From an uncultured Acidobacteriota bacterium (lineage in GTDB: Bacteria > Acidobacteriota > Thermoanaerobaculia > Multivoradales > UBA5704): DNA of 64,000 bases. Position numbers and translations under genes: made by a program. Shown piece after piece: positions 8,780 to 18,061 of the stretch. The stretch spans positions 2,016,001 through 2,080,000 of the forward strand of contig CAVYRF010000001.1 of assembly GCA_963770895.1 (NCBI GenBank), in the 5' to 3' direction. The notes under the pieces are model-generated. The model worked only from the letters and a program-made list of their open reading frames with translations. It was not told the origin of the DNA and made no database searches. How positions within the stretch are numbered: the first letter of the stretch is position 1; each line of letters opens with the position of its first letter.

Positions 8780-11370
8780 AGCCCCAACGCGGCCGGGCGG
8801 CGGCATCGCCGCCCGCGCCACCGTCGCTCCCGTGGGCCCTGTGGCTGGCGCAGGCCTCCGCCGCCCATCCCCGTCTGGCCCTGGGCCTGATGCTGGCGCT
8901 GGTGTCGGCCATGGCGCCCGGCCTCTGGCGCATCCAGCTGCGCACCGACGGCCATTCGCTGGTGCCGCCGCACGATCCGGCGGTGACTGTCGACCGCCAG
9001 GCGCGGCAGGTTTTCGGCCTGCGTGACCCGCTGCTGGTGGCGATCGAAACCCCCACGCCCAACGGGATCTTCGACCCCCACACCCTGCAGCGCCTGCAGG
9101 CCCTGACCCACGACCTGGCGGCGCTCCCCGGCATCGGCCCGGACCACGTGGTGAGCCTCGCCACGGAAAAGAGCCGGCGCTTTGCCGCCGACGGCTTCAA
9201 CTTTCTGCCGCTGCTGGAGCCCTTGCCCTGGACGCCCGCCCGCCGCCGCCAGCTGCAGGAAGAGGTGCAGGCGGTCGACACCTTCCGCGGCACCCTGATT
9301 TCGTTCGACGGCCGAGCCGCGGCGGTGCTCGTCGGCGTGCCGGCGCCGGGACAGCTGGTAGACGGGCACGCCGTCGACCGCGTCCGCCTCTACCACCAGG
9401 TGGCCGCCATCGCACAACGGTACCAGCACGCGTCCGTGCGGCAAGCCGCAAACGATGCCGCGGCGCCACTTCCGGCCGCGGTCACCCCCGACCACCGTGC
9501 CCAGGGCTCCGCTCTGTCCGGCGGTGCCCAGGGCGGGACCACCGGCGATCGGCAACAGGGGGGCCAGGCGGCCAACCGCCCGGTGGGTGAGCGCATCTGG
9601 GTGGTGGGGGCGCCCGCCGCCGAAGCGCTGCTGGGTGAGCACGTGCTCGCCGACCTGGCCCTGCTGCTGCCGCTGGCCCTGATCACCATCGCCACCGTCC
9701 TGTGGGTGGCCTGCGGGCGCACCTGGGGCGCGGCGATCGGTCTGGCGAAGGTGGCCGGGGTGCAGGTCTTCACCCTGGGACTGATCGGCTGGAGCGGCCA
9801 GCCGGTCTACCTGACCACCGCCGTCATCCCGGTGTTGCTGACCACCGTCGGCCTGTCGGACGAGATCCACCTGCTGTGGCACTACCGCCACCGGCCGGCC
9901 GGGCAGCCGCCGGCGGTCGCCCTGGCGCGCGCGCTCCAGGACCGGGTGCCGCCGATCGTGCTGACCTCGCTCGCCACGGCGATCGGCTTCCTGTCGTTTC
10001 TGGCTTCGTCCATTCCGGCGGTGTGGAGCTTCGGCCTCTTTGCCGGGATCGGCGTGCTGTTCTGCATCCTGTGGGCGCTGGTGGCGACGCCGGCGCTGAT
10101 GGCACTACGGCCGGACGCCATTCCGGCGGCCGGTCCCGCCGCCGCCGACCTGCGGCGGGTCCACGCGGCCCTGGCCCGCCTGGCGCAGCCGCGCACGGCG
10201 CTGCCGGCGCTGGCGATCGCCACCATCCTGCTGGTGGCCGGCATCCCGCGCCTGGTCGTTCAGGACGGCTGGATCGACAACTTCGCGCCCGACAGCCCGC
10301 TGCGCCGCGCGTCGGCACGCATCGACCAGCTCTTCGCCGGCACCCACCAGCTGCTCGCCGTGCTCACCTTCGACCCGCCCGCCGCCCAGGTGCCGGCCGT
10401 CCCCGCCGCCCGCGGACCGCTCCTCGCCGGCTCGACGCTTGCCGCCGTCGGCCGCTTCGAACAGGCCCTGCGCGCCCAGCCCCAGGTCGGCGGCGTGCTG
10501 GGGCCGGCCGGCTACCTCACCACCACCGCCTACCTGTGGGCGGGGATGCGCCCGGAAAGCCGCGCGATCATCGACGATCCCGCCTGGATCTATCTCCATT
10601 TCTGCCGCATCGGCACGGTGCGCGGCATGGCGCGGCGGCGGGAGCTGATCGACGCCGGCTTCCGCCGCACCGTCGTCACCCTGCTGCTCAAGCGCGCCAA
10701 CTACCAGGAGACCGCGGCGCTCATCGCCACCATCCGCCAGCTTGAAAAAACCCAGCTCGCCCCGGTCTACGGACGCGTCGACCTGGCCGGCGACGTCGCC
10801 GTGTCGCAGGCGATGATCCCGGCGATCGTCCACACCCAGCTCGCCTCGCTAGCCCTGGCCCTGGCCGGCAGCCTGGCCGTCGTCATGCTGATCTTCCGCT
10901 CCGCCAGGATGGGTCTAGCGGCGGTCGCGCCCACCGCGCTGGCCGTCGCCTGGACCTTCGGCCTGATGGGCTGGCTGGCAATCCCGCTCGGCGTCGCCAC
11001 CTCGATCTTCTGCGCCGTGACCCTCGGCATCGGCGTCGACTTCGGCATCCACCTGTTCCACCAGCTGCGCCGCGCCCAAGCGGCGGGGGAGCCACAGCCA
11101 GGCGCGGCCGCCCTGGCCGCTGCAGGACCCGCCATCCTGATCGACGCCGCCGCGATCACCCTGGGCTTCGGCCTGCTGGCCTTTTCGCGCGTCCCCGCCA
11201 ACAGCCGCTTCGGCTTGCTGGTGGCGGCCGGCCTGTCCAGCGCCTGCCTGCTCACCCTGGCCGGCGCCGGCGCCGGCCTCCTGTTGCGCGACCGCCGTTA
11301 CCAGCCAGCACCGCTTCCGGCGCCTCACCCGCCGCCGCTGGCCGATCGGGCGATCCCCGCCAAACCGTGA
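8776..11370 (+). CDS. MMPL/RND-family exporter
   Basis: Two halves, each one TM + soluble domain + TM bundle; motifs TVGLSDEIH and LGIGVDFGIH; TTG start overlaps upstream stop (TTGA). Confidence 0.88.
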   Translation: MKPQRGRAAASPPAPPSLPWALWLAQASAAHPRLALGLMLALVSAMAPGLWRIQLRTDGHSLVPPHDPAVTVDRQARQVFGLRDPLLVAIETPTPNGIFDPHTLQRLQALTHDLAALPGIGPDHVVSLATEKSRRFAADGFNFLPLLEPLPWTPARRRQLQEEVQAVDTFRGTLISFDGRAAAVLVGVPAPGQLVDGHAVDRVRLYHQVAAIAQRYQHASVRQAANDAAAPLPAAVTPDHRAQGSALSGGAQGGTTGDRQQGGQAANRPVGERIWVVGAPAAEALLGEHVLADLALLLPLALITIATVLWVACGRTWGAAIGLAKVAGVQVFTLGLIGWSGQPVYLTTAVIPVLLTTVGLSDEIHLLWHYRHRPAGQPPAVALARALQDRVPPIVLTSLATAIGFLSFLASSIPAVWSFGLFAGIGVLFCILWALVATPALMALRPDAIPAAGPAAADLRRVHAALARLAQPRTALPALAIATILLVAGIPRLVVQDGWIDNFAPDSPLRRASARIDQLFAGTHQLLAVLTFDPPAAQVPAVPAARGPLLAGSTLAAVGRFEQALRAQPQVGGVLGPAGYLTTTAYLWAGMRPESRAIIDDPAWIYLHFCRIGTVRGMARRRELIDAGFRRTVVTLLLKRANYQETAALIATIRQLEKTQLAPVYGRVDLAGDVAVSQAMIPAIVHTQLASLALALAGSLAVVMLIFRSARMGLAAVAPTALAVAWTFGLMGWLAIPLGVATSIFCAVTLGIGVDFGIHLFHQLRRAQAAGEPQPGAAALAAAGPAILIDAAAITLGFGLLAFSRVPANSRFGLLVAAGLSSACLLTLAGAGAGLLLRDRRYQPAPLPAPHPPPLADRAIPAKP

Positions 11371-11410
11371 GCGGCCGGCAGGAGCCCCGCGCCTATGGGT
11401 GCTCCGGCCA

Positions 11411-11688
11411 GCCGCAGGCCGGATGCGCTGGGCCGCACGATAAGGCGTCCCTGCGCCCACCCGATCTCCTTCGAGTCTCCTGCCTCGCGCGCACTGCGGC
11501 CCCCGTGCGCTTCGCACCCCTGCCGATAGCGCCCACCCCATCCGCCTGCCCCACCCAGGGGAATTTGCCCACGCGACCGCGCACTCGCCAAACCCTGATC
11601 CCGCGGTGCGCGCTCCGGCAACAGCCAGCCCCGCGGACATGAATCGGACCGGTTTGCTCGTCCTCAACCCACCCCTGGCGCTGGCCTC
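11411..11688. repeat. Dispersed ~280-bp repeat, copy 1
   Basis: Core TAAGGCGTCCCTGCGCCCACCCGATCTCCTTCGAGTCTCCTGCCTCGCGCGCAC...GTGCGCTTCGCACCCCTGCCGATAGCG...GGGGAATTTGCCCAC recurs at ~13731, ~20798 and ~26757. Confidence 0.9.
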
Positions 11689-11700
11689 ATGGCCGGCGCG

Positions 11701-11814
11701 GCCGACGACGGATAGCTCGACGCGGGTGCCGGCCTGGTCGGTCTTGCTACGCCGCATGCGGAACCCACCCTCGACCGGCACCAGGTCCTCGACACGCGCC
11801 GCGGCGACCTCGGA
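11701..11814 (-). pseudogene. Tyrosine recombinase (Cre-like integrase) fragment
   Basis: Minus strand reads SEVAAARVEDLVPVEGGFRMRRSKTDQAG, matching the SE-x-x-A-L-x-V-x-D...RRSKTDQ-x-G motif of Cre-like integrases; no start and no catalytic C-terminus. Confidence 0.6.
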
Positions 11815-11887
11815 AGGCTCGCGGCCGAGCCACTACAAGACGGCAAGACGCAAATGGGGGCCGCGAAACCACGTCGCCGAAAACGAA

Positions 11888-11930
11888 CTGTCTCTAATTT
11901 GCGGTGTTGTGAAACTACCCTTATAGGAAC
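11888..11930 (+). promoter_or_regulatory. Conserved promoter-like motif CTGTCnnTAATTTGCG-N18-TATAGG, copy 1
   Basis: Same motif and spacing on the minus strand at 17034-17076 and 26664-26707; lies ~45 nt before ATG 11975. Confidence 0.65.
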
Positions 11931-11974
11931 CCCCAGCTATGCCTGCAACCTGGAGGGAGAAAGGGGTGAATGTG

Positions 11975-13108
11975 ATGAAGCGTCCGGTGGGCCTGGCCGC
12001 TCTGGCGGCCTTCACCTGTCTCGCGGTCTGTGCCGTCGCCTGGTGCGCCGAGGGCCAGCCGACCATGGCTGCTCTCCACATCGTGGCGGACCAGGAAATT
12101 CCGCTCGAGCCAAGCCAGGCGCTCAATGTGCGCTGGGCGAGCGACCAGACCGTCTACCTGAGCCGGCTCTATCACGGTGTCACGGAGGTATCCCTCGACG
12201 GCAAGCTGACGCAGCTGCGCCAGCCGGTTCCCGACCGGGCGACCCTTCATGTTCCAATGCATGGGTTCGAGCGCCTGGCCATGTCGCCGCAGTTCTTCCT
12301 CGTCGGCTCGCCGCTGACGGACTATGGCTTCCGGCCGCGGGCGGCCGATGCGGCAGGCACCTTCAAGTTCACCTGGCTGCGCGTCTCGTCGATCGGCGGC
12401 ATCGACCTCTTCGGGAATCGCCTGCTCTTCCTGGGAGACCCGACACCCCGGCGCCTGGAGAGCCTTGAGCCGAGCGCGGGCATCGCCTGGATCGGCCGGC
12501 TCAGCAGCCACCCCGAGCGGGACCTGAAGCCGTTCCTCTACGACATGGCAGGCGCACCGCCCAAGAGCCTCTTGAACTGCATGAACCTGGAGATGGGGGC
12601 GGTGCGCTTCCTGCCGAGCGGTTCCTACCTGGTGGTGCCCGGCTTTCAGGATGGGGTTTTCCTGTACAGCGCAGGCGGAGCGCTCCTCCATCGTTGGAAC
12701 AACGCGGCCGTGGGTCTCGATGCCCCCGATTGCGCCAGCATGGAGCTGGCGCAGGCGCAGCTCTTCGCCGGCTCCTATCTCGCACGGTTTGAGTTTCTCA
12801 ACCGGTACCGGGTGCTGGACGAGATCCTGCCGCTGGCCGAGGGCCCCGGCCTGCTGATCCGCAGCGTCGCGGACGGCGCGGTCCACTGGACGCTGAACGT
12901 CCTTCATGGCGATCAGGTCGACACCTATCCGGTGCCCATCACCGGGAGCGTTCCCTTCGATCGCCTGCGGGCGGATGTGCGCGGCAACCGCATCGTGTTG
13001 CTCCGCACCTGGCACGGCTTTGGAGCCAATCCCACATTCCGCCCGGGGCGCCTCTACGTGGCCGAGATCACCACGCCGGCCAGGTCGGCCATGGAGGCGG
13101 CGCAATGA
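11975..13108 (+). CDS. Secreted hypothetical protein (family A, copy 1; beta-rich, possibly beta-propeller)
   Basis: AAGGGG RBS, signal peptide MKRPVGLAALAAFTCLAVCAVAWC; colinear paralog of 13954-15081 (YLSRLxHGV, RDLKPFL, GAVRFLP, RVLDEILPL, DRLRAD). Confidence 0.85.
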   Translation: MKRPVGLAALAAFTCLAVCAVAWCAEGQPTMAALHIVADQEIPLEPSQALNVRWASDQTVYLSRLYHGVTEVSLDGKLTQLRQPVPDRATLHVPMHGFERLAMSPQFFLVGSPLTDYGFRPRAADAAGTFKFTWLRVSSIGGIDLFGNRLLFLGDPTPRRLESLEPSAGIAWIGRLSSHPERDLKPFLYDMAGAPPKSLLNCMNLEMGAVRFLPSGSYLVVPGFQDGVFLYSAGGALLHRWNNAAVGLDAPDCASMELAQAQLFAGSYLARFEFLNRYRVLDEILPLAEGPGLLIRSVADGAVHWTLNVLHGDQVDTYPVPITGSVPFDRLRADVRGNRIVLLRTWHGFGANPTFRPGRLYVAEITTPARSAMEAAQ

Positions 13109-13668
13109 GGCGCCGACGCCGGCTTTCCGCGCTCATCCGGTGGGCATTTCTGGCGCTGCTACTGCTGGTCCAGGCACAGGTCAGGTCGCGCCCGGCCCTG
13201 GCTTCGGCGAGCGGCTGTGTGCTCGGATCGTTGCGCTGGGGTCCTGGTTACCAAGGGTCGGAGCCGGACTGCTCCGGGGGGAACGGTGGCTGTTACCTAT
13301 GCAGCTACAGCAACACCGGCCAGGATGGTTACACCATCTGCTCCGAGCTTCCGGACGGCAGTGGTTCCTCCTACTGCTCCGACGTCAGTCAGATCCCGGA
13401 TGATTGGCCCCCACCCAACCCGGATGAGCCAGATCCGGACCCGGGCGCGCCGCCACCCGATGCCCCGCCGCCCGACAGTCCGGGGACGGGAGGTGATGGT
13501 GGCGGAGGGGGTGGGGGAGGAGACTGCCTGCCGCCCAAATGCCATGAGGCTGATTGGGTGCACGTGCACACGGCGGTCTCGGCACATCCGTCAAAGCCGG
13601 GTGTGAACCTCTGGCTGGCCGTGGAGACGCTCGGTTCCAGTGACTTGCACCGGCAGCCTGACCGGTGA
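13105..13668 (+). CDS. Secreted Cys-rich small protein with Pro/Asp and Gly-rich linker (family B)
   Basis: ATGA overlap with upstream stop; Arg-rich signal peptide; six-Cys segment GCVLG...YCSD, then PPPNPDEPDPDPGAPPPDAPPP, a Gly run and DCLPPKCHE; a decayed paralog follows the second family A gene. Confidence 0.75.
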   Translation: MRRRRRLSALIRWAFLALLLLVQAQVRSRPALASASGCVLGSLRWGPGYQGSEPDCSGGNGGCYLCSYSNTGQDGYTICSELPDGSGSSYCSDVSQIPDDWPPPNPDEPDPDPGAPPPDAPPPDSPGTGGDGGGGGGGGDCLPPKCHEADWVHVHTAVSAHPSKPGVNLWLAVETLGSSDLHRQPDR

Positions 13669-13730
13669 CGGCAGGGCGGCGAGCGCCAGCCCCGCCGCCT
13701 GGGTGCCGCCGGCCAGGTGTTCGGAGATGT

Positions 13731-13826
13731 AGGCCGCTATGGGCTGGGCTGCAGCTTAAGGCGTCCCTGCGCCCACCCGATCTCCTTCGAGTCTCCTGCC
13801 TCGCGCGCACCGCGGCCCCCGTGCGC
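13731..13826. repeat. Dispersed repeat, copy 2 (3'-truncated)
   Basis: GCTGGGCTGCAGCTTAAGGCGTCCCTGCGCCCACCCGATCTCCTTCGAGTCTCCTGCCTCGCGCGCACCGCGGCCCCCGTGCGC is near-identical to copy 1, then diverges. Confidence 0.88.
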
Positions 13827-13953
13827 GCGGATCGTAGCCGGCGAGGGCGGCGGCGGCAAAGGATGGCATTTCGGCCTGTGACGGACCGGTGACGCCTGTC
13901 CCCGACTACGTCCACACGGCAACATAGTAAGTAGTGGAAGAAAGGGGAAAGTG

Positions 13954-15081
13954 ATGAAGCGTCCAATGGGCCGAGCTGCTTTGGCTTTGACGGTCCTCAC
14001 CTGTCTTTCGATGTGCGCCATCGCCTGGTGCCTGGAGGGCCAATCTCCGATGGCCCTCCGCATCCTGTCCACGCAGGAAGTCTCCGCACAACCCAGCCCG
14101 CCGTTGACGGTGCGCTGGGCAACCGACGACACGATCTATCTAAGCCGCCTTCATCATGGGGTGGCGGAAGTGACGCTGGACGGCAAGCTGACGGTCCTTC
14201 GCCAGCCGATTCCGGATCGCGAGACACTTCACGCTCATTTCCCGATGATGGAACGATTGGCGGTGTCGCCCCAATATGTCGCCGTCTCCTCGCTCATGGC
14301 GGACTATGGCTTCCGCCCGCGCGTCGCCACCCAGGGCGCCTACGGCTTCACTCACCTTGAGCTCTGGTCCGTCTACGGGTTCGATCTAGCGGGCGACCGC
14401 CTGCTTTTCCTGGGCGATCCGGTGCGCAGAGAAGCGGCCAGTTGGGAAGATTCAAAGGGGGGTATTGCGTGGATCGGCCCCGTAAGCGCTTACCCCGCAA
14501 GGGACCTGAAGCCCTTTCTTTTTGACGTGCCGGGTGCGCCGTCGCACGGCCTCTTCCATTGCATGAGCCTGGAGTTAGGGGCCGTGCGCTTCCTGCCCGA
14601 CGGGTCCTATCTGGTCGTCCCCGGCTTCAAAGACGGCGTCTACCTGTACAGCCCCGGAGGCACGCTGCTCCGCACTTGGAAAAATGAAGCCGTCGGCTTT
14701 GACGCGCCCGATTGTGCGGGCATGGATGAGAAGCAAATGGGCGAGTTCAACGGCTCCTATCCGGCGCGCTTTGACTTCCTCAACCGCCATCGGGTCCTGG
14801 ACGAAATCCTGCCTCTCCAAGAGGGCCCCGGCCTGCTGATCCGATCCGTAGCGGATGGCAAGGTCGAATGGACCCTCAACGCCCTGCATGGGGATCAGAT
14901 GGTGAAATACGCTGTCCCAATTTCCGGAGACCTCCCCTACGATCGGCTGCGCGCCGATGCCCGGGGCGGGCGCTTGGTCTTTCTTCGCACCTGGCACGGC
15001 TACGGCCCCGCCGCGGCCCATCGTCCGGGCTATCTCTATACAGCGGAACTGGCACCTGCGCGCCCTGCGGTGGTGCAATGA
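13954..15081 (+). CDS. Secreted hypothetical protein (family A, copy 2)
   Basis: AAGGGG RBS, signal peptide, colinear similarity to 11975-13108 over the full length. Confidence 0.85.
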   Translation: MKRPMGRAALALTVLTCLSMCAIAWCLEGQSPMALRILSTQEVSAQPSPPLTVRWATDDTIYLSRLHHGVAEVTLDGKLTVLRQPIPDRETLHAHFPMMERLAVSPQYVAVSSLMADYGFRPRVATQGAYGFTHLELWSVYGFDLAGDRLLFLGDPVRREAASWEDSKGGIAWIGPVSAYPARDLKPFLFDVPGAPSHGLFHCMSLELGAVRFLPDGSYLVVPGFKDGVYLYSPGGTLLRTWKNEAVGFDAPDCAGMDEKQMGEFNGSYPARFDFLNRHRVLDEILPLQEGPGLLIRSVADGKVEWTLNALHGDQMVKYAVPISGDLPYDRLRADARGGRLVFLRTWHGYGPAAAHRPGYLYTAELAPARPAVVQ

Positions 15082-15418
15082 ATCGCGTCTGGTTGCGTCG
15101 CTTCGGCCAGGTGGGTGTCCTGGCCCTGACGCTCACTTTCCGTCTCGGCCTCTCCTCGGCCCCCGAGGCAGGCGCCACCGCGAGTGGTTGCGGGTTGTGG
15201 GGAAACAACCGGACGCCTGAGGCGCGCCGCCGCCAGACGCGCCGCCGCCGGATAGCCCTGGCGATGGTGGAGGAGGCGATGGAGGTGGGGGCGGGGATTG
15301 CCTGCCTCCGGAGTGCCACGAGGCCGACCTCGTGCCCAGGTTCGCCGTGACTTCGGCGCAGCGACAGCCGGCGACGAATCTTTGGTTGTCTTTGGTGCCT
15401 GTGCCCTTCCACCAATAG
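15078..15418 (+). pseudogene. Decayed family B gene (internal deletion, frameshift, premature stop)
   Basis: ATGA-coupled start MNRVWLRR...GATASGCGLWGNN, then a shifted frame reads PDA*GAPPPDAPPPDSPGDGGGGDGGGGGDCLPPECHEADLV...NLWLSL, matching the C-terminal half of 13105-13668. Confidence 0.75.
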
Positions 15419-15615
15419 GCGAAGAGGTAGAAGCCCCGGTCGGAGGTGGCGAGCCGCGGGCGAAAGAGCGGGCCTTCGGTCAGGCCTGGAGGGCGCTGCG
15501 GCCGGCGGCTCACCAACCGACCTCGACCCCCTACCCAGCCAGGGCGGGTGGGGGAACTCGGCAGGCCACGGGGGACTGTCGTAGGGCATTACAGCGCCCG
15601 CGGCAGCCGGTTAGT

Positions 15616-16857
15616 TTAGGACGTGCTGCGCTCTTCCGTGTCCTGGGCGGCGGCTTCAGTGCTCACCTGTGGCACCGGCTTCCATCGCTCGTCCAGCTGA
15701 TCCCAGGAGATCTCCCATACCGGCTCGCCCAGCCCACGACCAGCGATGTAAAGGCCGCTGTGGCCGGCGGCGACGGAAAGGCGGCGGTTGCCCGAGGAGA
15801 TTTCGCCCAGCAGCACGCGGTTCAGCTGTTGGGCGGTATGGTCCCAGCAGTCCACGGCCAGTCCCTGAGAGGTCTCCACCACGAGATAGACGCGGTTACC
15901 CTGTGCGGTCATGCCGCGTACCACCCGCACCGCCTGCGAGGCACCCAGCGCAGCGCGGTCGAGCTTGATCCCTTCGGCCTGCGCCCGCTTTTCCATTGCT
16001 TGCCACTCGTCCGCGGAGCGTTCAGCCCAGCGCACCTGGCCGCCGCCCACCGTCACCGACTCCTTGACAGCGCCGGCGGCTGAATACATCTTCAGCGCGT
16101 AGGCATTTTGCTGTGCTACCCAGATCGCACCGTCGCGGCCGGCTGTAAGCCGAGTGTCGCGTTCGGCCTTGGTTTTGAGGAACGAGCCGGGGGAAGGGAG
16201 ATCCGTGCTTTTGTTCTGGTCAAAGCGCAGCGATGGCTGCACTGCCAGGGTTCGCCAGCCCTGATCGTCGAACTGCAAAAGCAACGGTGGCGTGTCCCAG
16301 GTCGGGTCCTTGAAGTTCGAGGATGCGCCGGCGTTCCGGTTGCTGTCGCGCGCCGGTACCACCGCCACGACAGGACCGCTTCTGGTATACGTCAGCGCCG
16401 AAATCATCCAGCCCGCCGCCGGCACTGGCCGGCGTTCGTTACCCCGCAACAGCGATAGATGGCCGTCCGGCGCACTTTCCAGGAGCCAAGCATCGCCGTC
16501 CGGGCTCATCGCCGCATCAGCCACCCAATCCACCGCCACTGCACCCCCGGCAGGCACCGCAGCATGCGCAACCACGATCTTGCCAGAAGGCAGGATCTGG
16601 TCGATCTGCAGGCGATCGCCATGCAGCAGAAAGACCCGCCCTTCGGTGTCCGCCTGCATGAACTGCAACGCCTGGTTGTTTTCAAGCGCCGGATCGCCAC
16701 CGATCTTGACCGGCGCCACACGGTGAAACGAACCCGCGGCTCCCGAGTCCGTGGCTCCCACCGCGGGGAGGGCGATCAGCAGCAACCCGAACCCTATCCT
16801 TGTCCACCCAATGGTGCTGTTCTGGCAGCGCACAGGACGATCGCTCTGTTTATTCAT
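15616..16857 (-). CDS. Secreted hypothetical protein (family C paralog; beta-rich, possibly beta-propeller)
   Basis: Hydrophobic leader IGFGLLLIALPAVGA; shares blocks with 25375-26517 (PALE, QF..DxxGR..LL.GD, W.IS...Y..SGP, G.IW.AxQN.Y, VYLVV, L.RVLL). Start moved from 17013 because upstream DNA is a remnant of another gene. Confidence 0.8.
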   Translation of the reverse strand: MNKQSDRPVRCQNSTIGWTRIGFGLLLIALPAVGATDSGAAGSFHRVAPVKIGGDPALENNQALQFMQADTEGRVFLLHGDRLQIDQILPSGKIVVAHAAVPAGGAVAVDWVADAAMSPDGDAWLLESAPDGHLSLLRGNERRPVPAAGWMISALTYTRSGPVVAVVPARDSNRNAGASSNFKDPTWDTPPLLLQFDDQGWRTLAVQPSLRFDQNKSTDLPSPGSFLKTKAERDTRLTAGRDGAIWVAQQNAYALKMYSAAGAVKESVTVGGGQVRWAERSADEWQAMEKRAQAEGIKLDRAALGASQAVRVVRGMTAQGNRVYLVVETSQGLAVDCWDHTAQQLNRVLLGEISSGNRRLSVAAGHSGLYIAGRGLGEPVWEISWDQLDERWKPVPQVSTEAAAQDTEERSTS

Positions 16858-16867
16858 ATGGGGCCAG

Positions 16868-17012
16868 AGGCTAGGCCTAAAAGAGCGGCTTACCGTCCGC
16901 GGTTGCGTCCTGCACGGGCTTCCAATGCGCAACCGCCAGGGGTTTTCAACGGGAATCCGCCAAATCCCATCTGTTGCGAGCCGCCCACCAAGCCAGAGCT
17001 GATCCGGCGCCA
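16868..17012 (-). pseudogene. 3'-terminal remnant of a copy of gene 25375-26517
   Basis: Near-identical to ~25367-25508 (APDQLWLGGRLA.DGIWRIPVE...DGKPLF*), with a small indel. Confidence 0.85.
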
Positions 17013-17033
17013 CCGCGGCTCAGCCGCCCGGTT

Positions 17034-17076
17034 GTTCCCTATAGGTTGTGTTGCCGCAAGGCGCAAATTACGGACA
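17034..17076 (-). promoter_or_regulatory. Conserved promoter-like motif, copy 2
   Basis: Minus strand TGTCCGTAATTTGCG-N18-TATAGGGAAC, pointing toward 15616-16857. Confidence 0.6.
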
Positions 17077-17368
17077 TGGCCTCGGCGAGCGGCTGTGCGC
17101 TCAGATCGTTGCGCTGGGGTGGGCCGCAGGCCGCAATATGTGCTGGGTGAGAGCGGTCGCGGTAAACGATGGAAGGCGGGCGTTGGTTGATCAAGATAAG
17201 CGATGGTCGTGGGGTGGCGACCATCAAGTAGCGTGATCGGCAGGGTAGGTCAGCATCATCGGCGCCCGCAGGGCGCCATCCGCTCAAAACAAGGAAGCCC
17301 TCCAGGGGTTGACGCCACCCCCGGAGGGCTTGTCTGCTTTCGTTGTCGACGCGAAAGGAGACGATCCC

Positions 17369-17953
17369 TTGTACCAGACCTTGCTGCGAGATTCCAGCTT
17401 GTTCGAGCTACTGCTGCGCTTCGACGCCGATCTGGCGGCAATGGTTCGCGAGGGCGGATGCGCCGTCTGCGGAGGGGCGCTGCACAGCGCTCGCTACCGG
17501 CGCAAGCCACGGGGCGGTCCCCTGGGGCTCGGGGCCGAGTACGCCTTGCGGCAGAGCTTCTGCTGCGCCACCGAGGGCTGCCGGCGGCGAGCGACGCCAC
17601 CGTCGGTACGGTTCCTCGGCCGCAAGGTGTTCTTCGGTCTCTGGGTGCTGCTGCTGCCGGTGCTTCGGGAAGGGCCGACAGCCGAGCGCCTGCACCGTCT
17701 GGAGGAGGTTTTTAGAGTGAGCCGGCGGACCCTGTTGCGCTGGCGGCGGTGGTGGCGCGAGGTCGTGCCACGGAGCCGATTCTGGCAGTCGCGGCGCGGC
17801 GACTGGGCTTCGCCAGTGCCGCCGGCGGCGCTACCGAGCTCCCTGCTGGCCGGGTTCGAGCACCTTGCCGGGATCGCCGAGCAGGCGTTGTCGGCGCTGC
17901 GCTGGCTGGCGCCGCTCGGCGCCACCGGCAGCTTCTTGGATCACGCTCGGTGA
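17369..17953 (+). CDS. Transposon accessory protein (Cys-rich putative Zn-ribbon plus HTH-like segment)
   Basis: AAAGGAG RBS before TTG 17369; CAVCGG...FCCATEGCRRR; VSRRTLLRWRRWW. Confidence 0.75.
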   Translation: MYQTLLRDSSLFELLLRFDADLAAMVREGGCAVCGGALHSARYRRKPRGGPLGLGAEYALRQSFCCATEGCRRRATPPSVRFLGRKVFFGLWVLLLPVLREGPTAERLHRLEEVFRVSRRTLLRWRRWWREVVPRSRFWQSRRGDWASPVPPAALPSSLLAGFEHLAGIAEQALSALRWLAPLGATGSFLDHAR

Positions 17954-18061
17954 GGTCCGACGCCGACCCGCAGAAGATGCGTCTGGCGGTCGTCGGGCAA
18001 CCGCCGTAGCCTCGGCTTCGCCGGCGAGAAACCCCAGGACGCCGGTTCCGGGAGGCGCGCG

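Noticed and set aside
15420-15516. Minus-strand GLTEGPLFRP as a second integrase fragment
   Set aside because: Too short and ambiguous; it could equally be a remnant of another gene or chance.
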